The position numbers and the translations under genes are program-made. The notes under the pieces were generated by a model. It was not told the DNA's origin. It saw only the letters and a list, made by a program, of their open reading frames with translations, and made no database searches. Shown piece by piece: positions 38,737 to 42,302 of a stretch of DNA of 42,302 nt. Source of the DNA: Paraphysomonas bandaiensis (Eukaryota > Protista > Chrysophyceae); contig CBFFRP010000104.1 of assembly GCA_965644295.1 (NCBI GenBank), positions 1 through 42,302 on the forward strand, in the 5' to 3' direction. Within the stretch, counting starts at the first letter, position 1. Every line of letters starts with the position of its first letter.

Positions 38737-41700
38737 TCACCATTGCATGATGTTGTCATCTTCGCTACTACTTTCACAATCAACGGAGGCATCCGACAAT
38801 ACCACTCCACCACCATTATTGCTGGATATCGATTGTGCACGCGTAGATACGTCTGCAATATCGCGAAGCAAAACTACACCTTGATTTCCCACTCCATCAG
38901 GTGGCGAATCTATTTCACCAAACGCAATCCATCCACCATCTAACTTTCGTTCAAATGACTTGTCAGGGGGGTTATCAGGATAAAATTCTCCTCCTCGCTT
39001 GTTCTTCCAGTATATACGATGTCCTCCATTTCTTATAGAAACTACTTGACCCTGGCGAGTGAATGATGAAGACATGTCGTTCGGAATACTTCTTCCGAGA
39101 ACAAATTTAAATTTTCCAACCTCATCAGGAGAGAGTTTCTTTCTTCTCTTCCACTTTCTGAAAATATTTACTTGTGCAGGTAGTGCACTTCTCTCCACTA
39201 CATCACCGTTGATAGTGCACCTCTCAACCCTAGCAAAGTTCTCACTGTGGTAATCATCCCGTTTAAAACCCCAGCGTGACCATTTGACACAGTCCGTTGT
39301 CCTCATCCTCGTTAAGTCACTACAGATATTGCGACCATCATTCGGTAAATGAACTTCAGTCTGATCGATTGGCTCACCGGAGAACAGAATATCTCCTAAT
39401 GGAATATTAAGAGGGTGTTGCTGAACGTACTCTTCAACGGTATCTACGGCAGGTGCTTCATCTCTTGCCCATGCATTCCACTCATCGAGGGCTGCTGAAT
39501 GCTTTTGATGAAAATCAGTCCGTACTTTTATCATTACATTATCAAGGACCTCTCGAGATCCTTCAGAAAAAGAATAAGGTGATGGTAATTCGAACGGTAA
39601 GGAATCAAGAATTCGCATTCCATCTACCATGATTCCTCTCCTGACATCGCGCATAGGGTAATCGAAAACATCCACGACTTTCGCGTAAATTCCACAGCGC
39701 TTAGTGGGGTCTGCTACGATTTGAACTACATCCTCGGCACAGTACGCGCGATAAAATACACGCACTCCGTGTTTGAAGTAAACTGGATCAGGAGTGACAG
39801 CCTCAAAAGTCCACTGCAACTGCGTCTTCTCACCCTTAATTTGGGCGTTTAACCGTTTGTCTGTATGAGCGTCCAATAGTTTCTTGTAGTCTGGAATCGC
39901 GAAAAGATCTTCCACAGTGCAGCGTGATTTCTTTGTCGACAGTGCAGATTCAATGTGATCTTTGTACTGTTGTGGGGTGTACACGTATTTGGATCTGGAC
40001 ATACATATTAACACAAAAAGACAACGTAAAGTAAGAGTTCATATTGCGTCGTACCTTATTTTCTTCCACAAAGTACCATACTTAGAATCAATATCTTCGT
40101 GCGTATGCCCCACCATTAGTCGAGTCAACACTAAACGCTTACACAGACGTCGTGCTACAATCAATTCACAGAGTGCAAACCAACAATACGCTGTGTTTTC
40201 TGGACCTCCATCAATTTGATAGAAAACAGTATCCGGTAATTTCCCCTCCGCGTTGATGGTTTTCTGTAAAGTATCTAGAAAACAATGCATCGCCACATTT
40301 GCACAGTTGTTAACTGTATGAAACGTACGGTAGATGATAATTCCTCGATTGTGATTAAGTACTCCTTGAAGATGCTGCGGCAGACTATCTGCCCCCCAAC
40401 TGTTTTGATTCCCAAAATGTGGAAGAATGCAATGATTCTGGGCCATTCCATCTGATATGCACGACATAAAACTCGACTTTTGCATAATCGCTTTGTTCCG
40501 ACGCTCCGCATAGGCCGCCCGTTCCCCCATGTATGCACTGCGGTGCAGTGCGTGCATCGTGGTGACATACTCCCTGTCCATTTGTGACTTGTGAGTACGT
40601 CGCAGTGTGCTTAGGTCAGCACAGCATTGACATTTACCAGTAACTGCTTTGAACTCTCGGATTTTCACATATGGCAGGCAGTTGGTCCAAATCGATGCAA
40701 ATTGATCAACAGAAACTGCAGGTATCTCAGCGTGCTGCAGGTCCAGCGTGTACTCTCTGTATATTTCAACAATATGTCGAGGCTCTAAATGGATTTCTCC
40801 TCCTAGGTTAGGTTGATAATCACCCACCAGCTTGAAATGATCTAGCATCCATCCGTATGCAGATAGAACCTAAACGTAGTACATTATTATTGTCACATAA
40901 ACTACATTATTATACATAATATAATTACAAATACAGACAACACGTCCAATATAATTTTAAAAATCTACTCACCACGGGGCTGTTGGGTAGTTTCGCAGCA
41001 GCCACTTGCCGCTTGGTCAAATGAATACCAAAAGACTTCGCAACTCTTCTCAATCCGGCAAGTACAGCAAGAGGAGAAGTACTGTGGTCTGAGAATACTT
41101 GTGACGAGTTTGTCGTGCCAGTTTTGAGTTCACGAACAACCATATCAACATGTGATGGTGACACACCATACACATTACAAAAACAATCCTTGCATACGCC
41201 AGATACCCGTGTCTTCATCTTGTCTCCAATCTTCCATTCCATTTTGCAATAACCGGAATCTGAGTGTCGAGACACTATACAGGTCTCTAGTATCTGACGG
41301 ATGTGATCCCTTCGTTCTGCACGATTCATTGAATCTCGAGCTTTAAGGGACTCAAACACCAACATCTTTCCTTGTTCATAACCGAGGGTTCGGAGTAGAC
41401 ACATATCCTGGCAACATGCTGATCTCGTAATTGCATCTGCGTGGCTCTCCAAGGCTACAGTATCTACGGAGAGCAGGATTAGCTATAACGTCGACGTCAT
41501 AAATTGTAAAATATAGTAGAAGCAAAATATATAAGGAAAATGCTTCAATATATATATATATATATATACAGTTTCAATGATGAGAGCACAGGTTCAACCA
41601 AGCCAGGGACTGGGACGATCTAAGCAGAAGCTACGCTGCCAATCATCTACCTGCCATTAACCCTGGGAGGGAGCACGCTGAGGAGTTTCACCTCATTAAT

Positions 41701-42104
41701 TCATCAAACTCACATAAGTGAGGAGAAATAACTCCGCGCTCAATCACCATGAATCCATATATACATACATACATAGACAACATCAATAAACAATTGTATG
41801 AGAACAATTATATATACAGTTTCAATGATGAGAGCACAGGTTCAACCAAGCCAGGGACTGGGACGATCTAAGCAGAAGCTACGCTGCCAATCATCTACCT
41901 GCCATTAACCCTGGGAGGGAGCACGCTGAGGAGTTTCACCTCATTAATTCATCAAACTCACATAAGTGAGGAGAAATAACTCCGCGCTCAATCACCATGA
42001 ATCCATATATACATACATATATAGTACAGGAACGAATACAGACATCTATCAGTGGATCCGACTATACCTGTGAGATTGCGTCGTCTCGAAAGAGCTGATG
42101 GCAT
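38737..42104 (-). mobile_element. Intact Sola-like DDD transposase-like gene (GHTHEDID family), 4 exons (42068-42104, 40973-41463, 40055-40869, 38737-39994), ~866 aa
   Basis: VCKDCFCNVYGVS; KCQCC; SDGMAQN (D1); YQIDGGPEN (D2); LMVGHTHEDIDSKYG (D3); TPQQY...PDYKKLL. Exon phases match and there are no stops. TIRs not identified. Confidence 0.7.
41569..42005 (-). repeat. Two identical 189-bp structured elements (41569-41757, 41817-42005) in intron 1 of the transposase-like gene
   Basis: Exact duplication with 248-bp period, each copy flanked by (TA)n/(TACA)n, separated by a unique AT-rich spacer. Confidence 0.92.
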
Positions 42105-42302
42105 TTATTGGAAGAGGGCCTGAATAAGTGCTTATGATGGCAGCTATAATTCAACCTGTGACCGAGTAAGCACTCGACTATACCACTCAACACTATCCTA
42201 ACTCTAGAACTGTCACGCTTTACTATCATATCTATCTATGGTGTGTTAATATGATGCATATGTATTATGGTCATTATGTGCATGTTGTAAGCACTGCTTG
42301 TG

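Noticed and set aside
41577-41681. C/D snoRNA (ATGATGA...CTGA) on the + strand
   Set aside because: Antisense to the host intron, weak terminal stem and no recognisable rRNA guide.
41670-41742. Hammerhead ribozyme, tRNA or cobalamin-riboswitch reading of the intronic element (TTGATGA...GAAAC, cloverleaf-like fold, GGTGAAACTCC)
   Set aside because: The hammerhead core has U for C3 and weak stems I/II. There are no tRNA A/B boxes or anticodon arm geometry. The AGGGAA and B12-box motifs are missing.
38515-42302. TIRs for the transposase-like gene (aaagcagctgctt vs window end)
   Set aside because: Similarity is too short and imperfect; the element end may lie outside the window.

Overview
Compact, intron-rich eukaryotic nuclear DNA with short GT-AG introns, mostly about 45-110 nt. 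A protist, possibly a stramenopile, is inferred; the taxon is not established. Manual splicing gives 13 protein genes in perfectly alternating orientation: hypothetical(-), METTL2/6-like tRNA m3C methyltransferase(+), phosducin-like(-), AP2-domain protein(+), two head-to-head 3-RRM ELAV-like paralogs(-/+), DOCK-C/D (zizimin-like) GEF(-), DPH4/DNAJC24(+), ArsM(-), hypothetical(+), kinesin-14 with a CEP164-like WW N-terminus(-), VPS26(+), and an intact Sola-like DDD transposase-like gene(-). The strongest hidden signal is the intronless, bacterial-type arsenite methyltransferase. The ORF track stops it at a TGA (24405-24407), but the frame continues for 58 ArsM-like residues and the TGA sits on the conserved catalytic Cys, so it is a probable selenoprotein (Cys-Sec). 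It carries a Cys-less thioredoxin-like domain and is followed by two tandem, unusually short SECIS-like kink-turn hairpins. Other notable features are two identical, highly structured 189-nt elements in the first intron of the transposase-like gene, a four-copy structured repeat family found only in convergent intergenic gaps, a decayed copia element, a 61-bp fold-back palindrome and a (TACA)n tract of about 470 bp.
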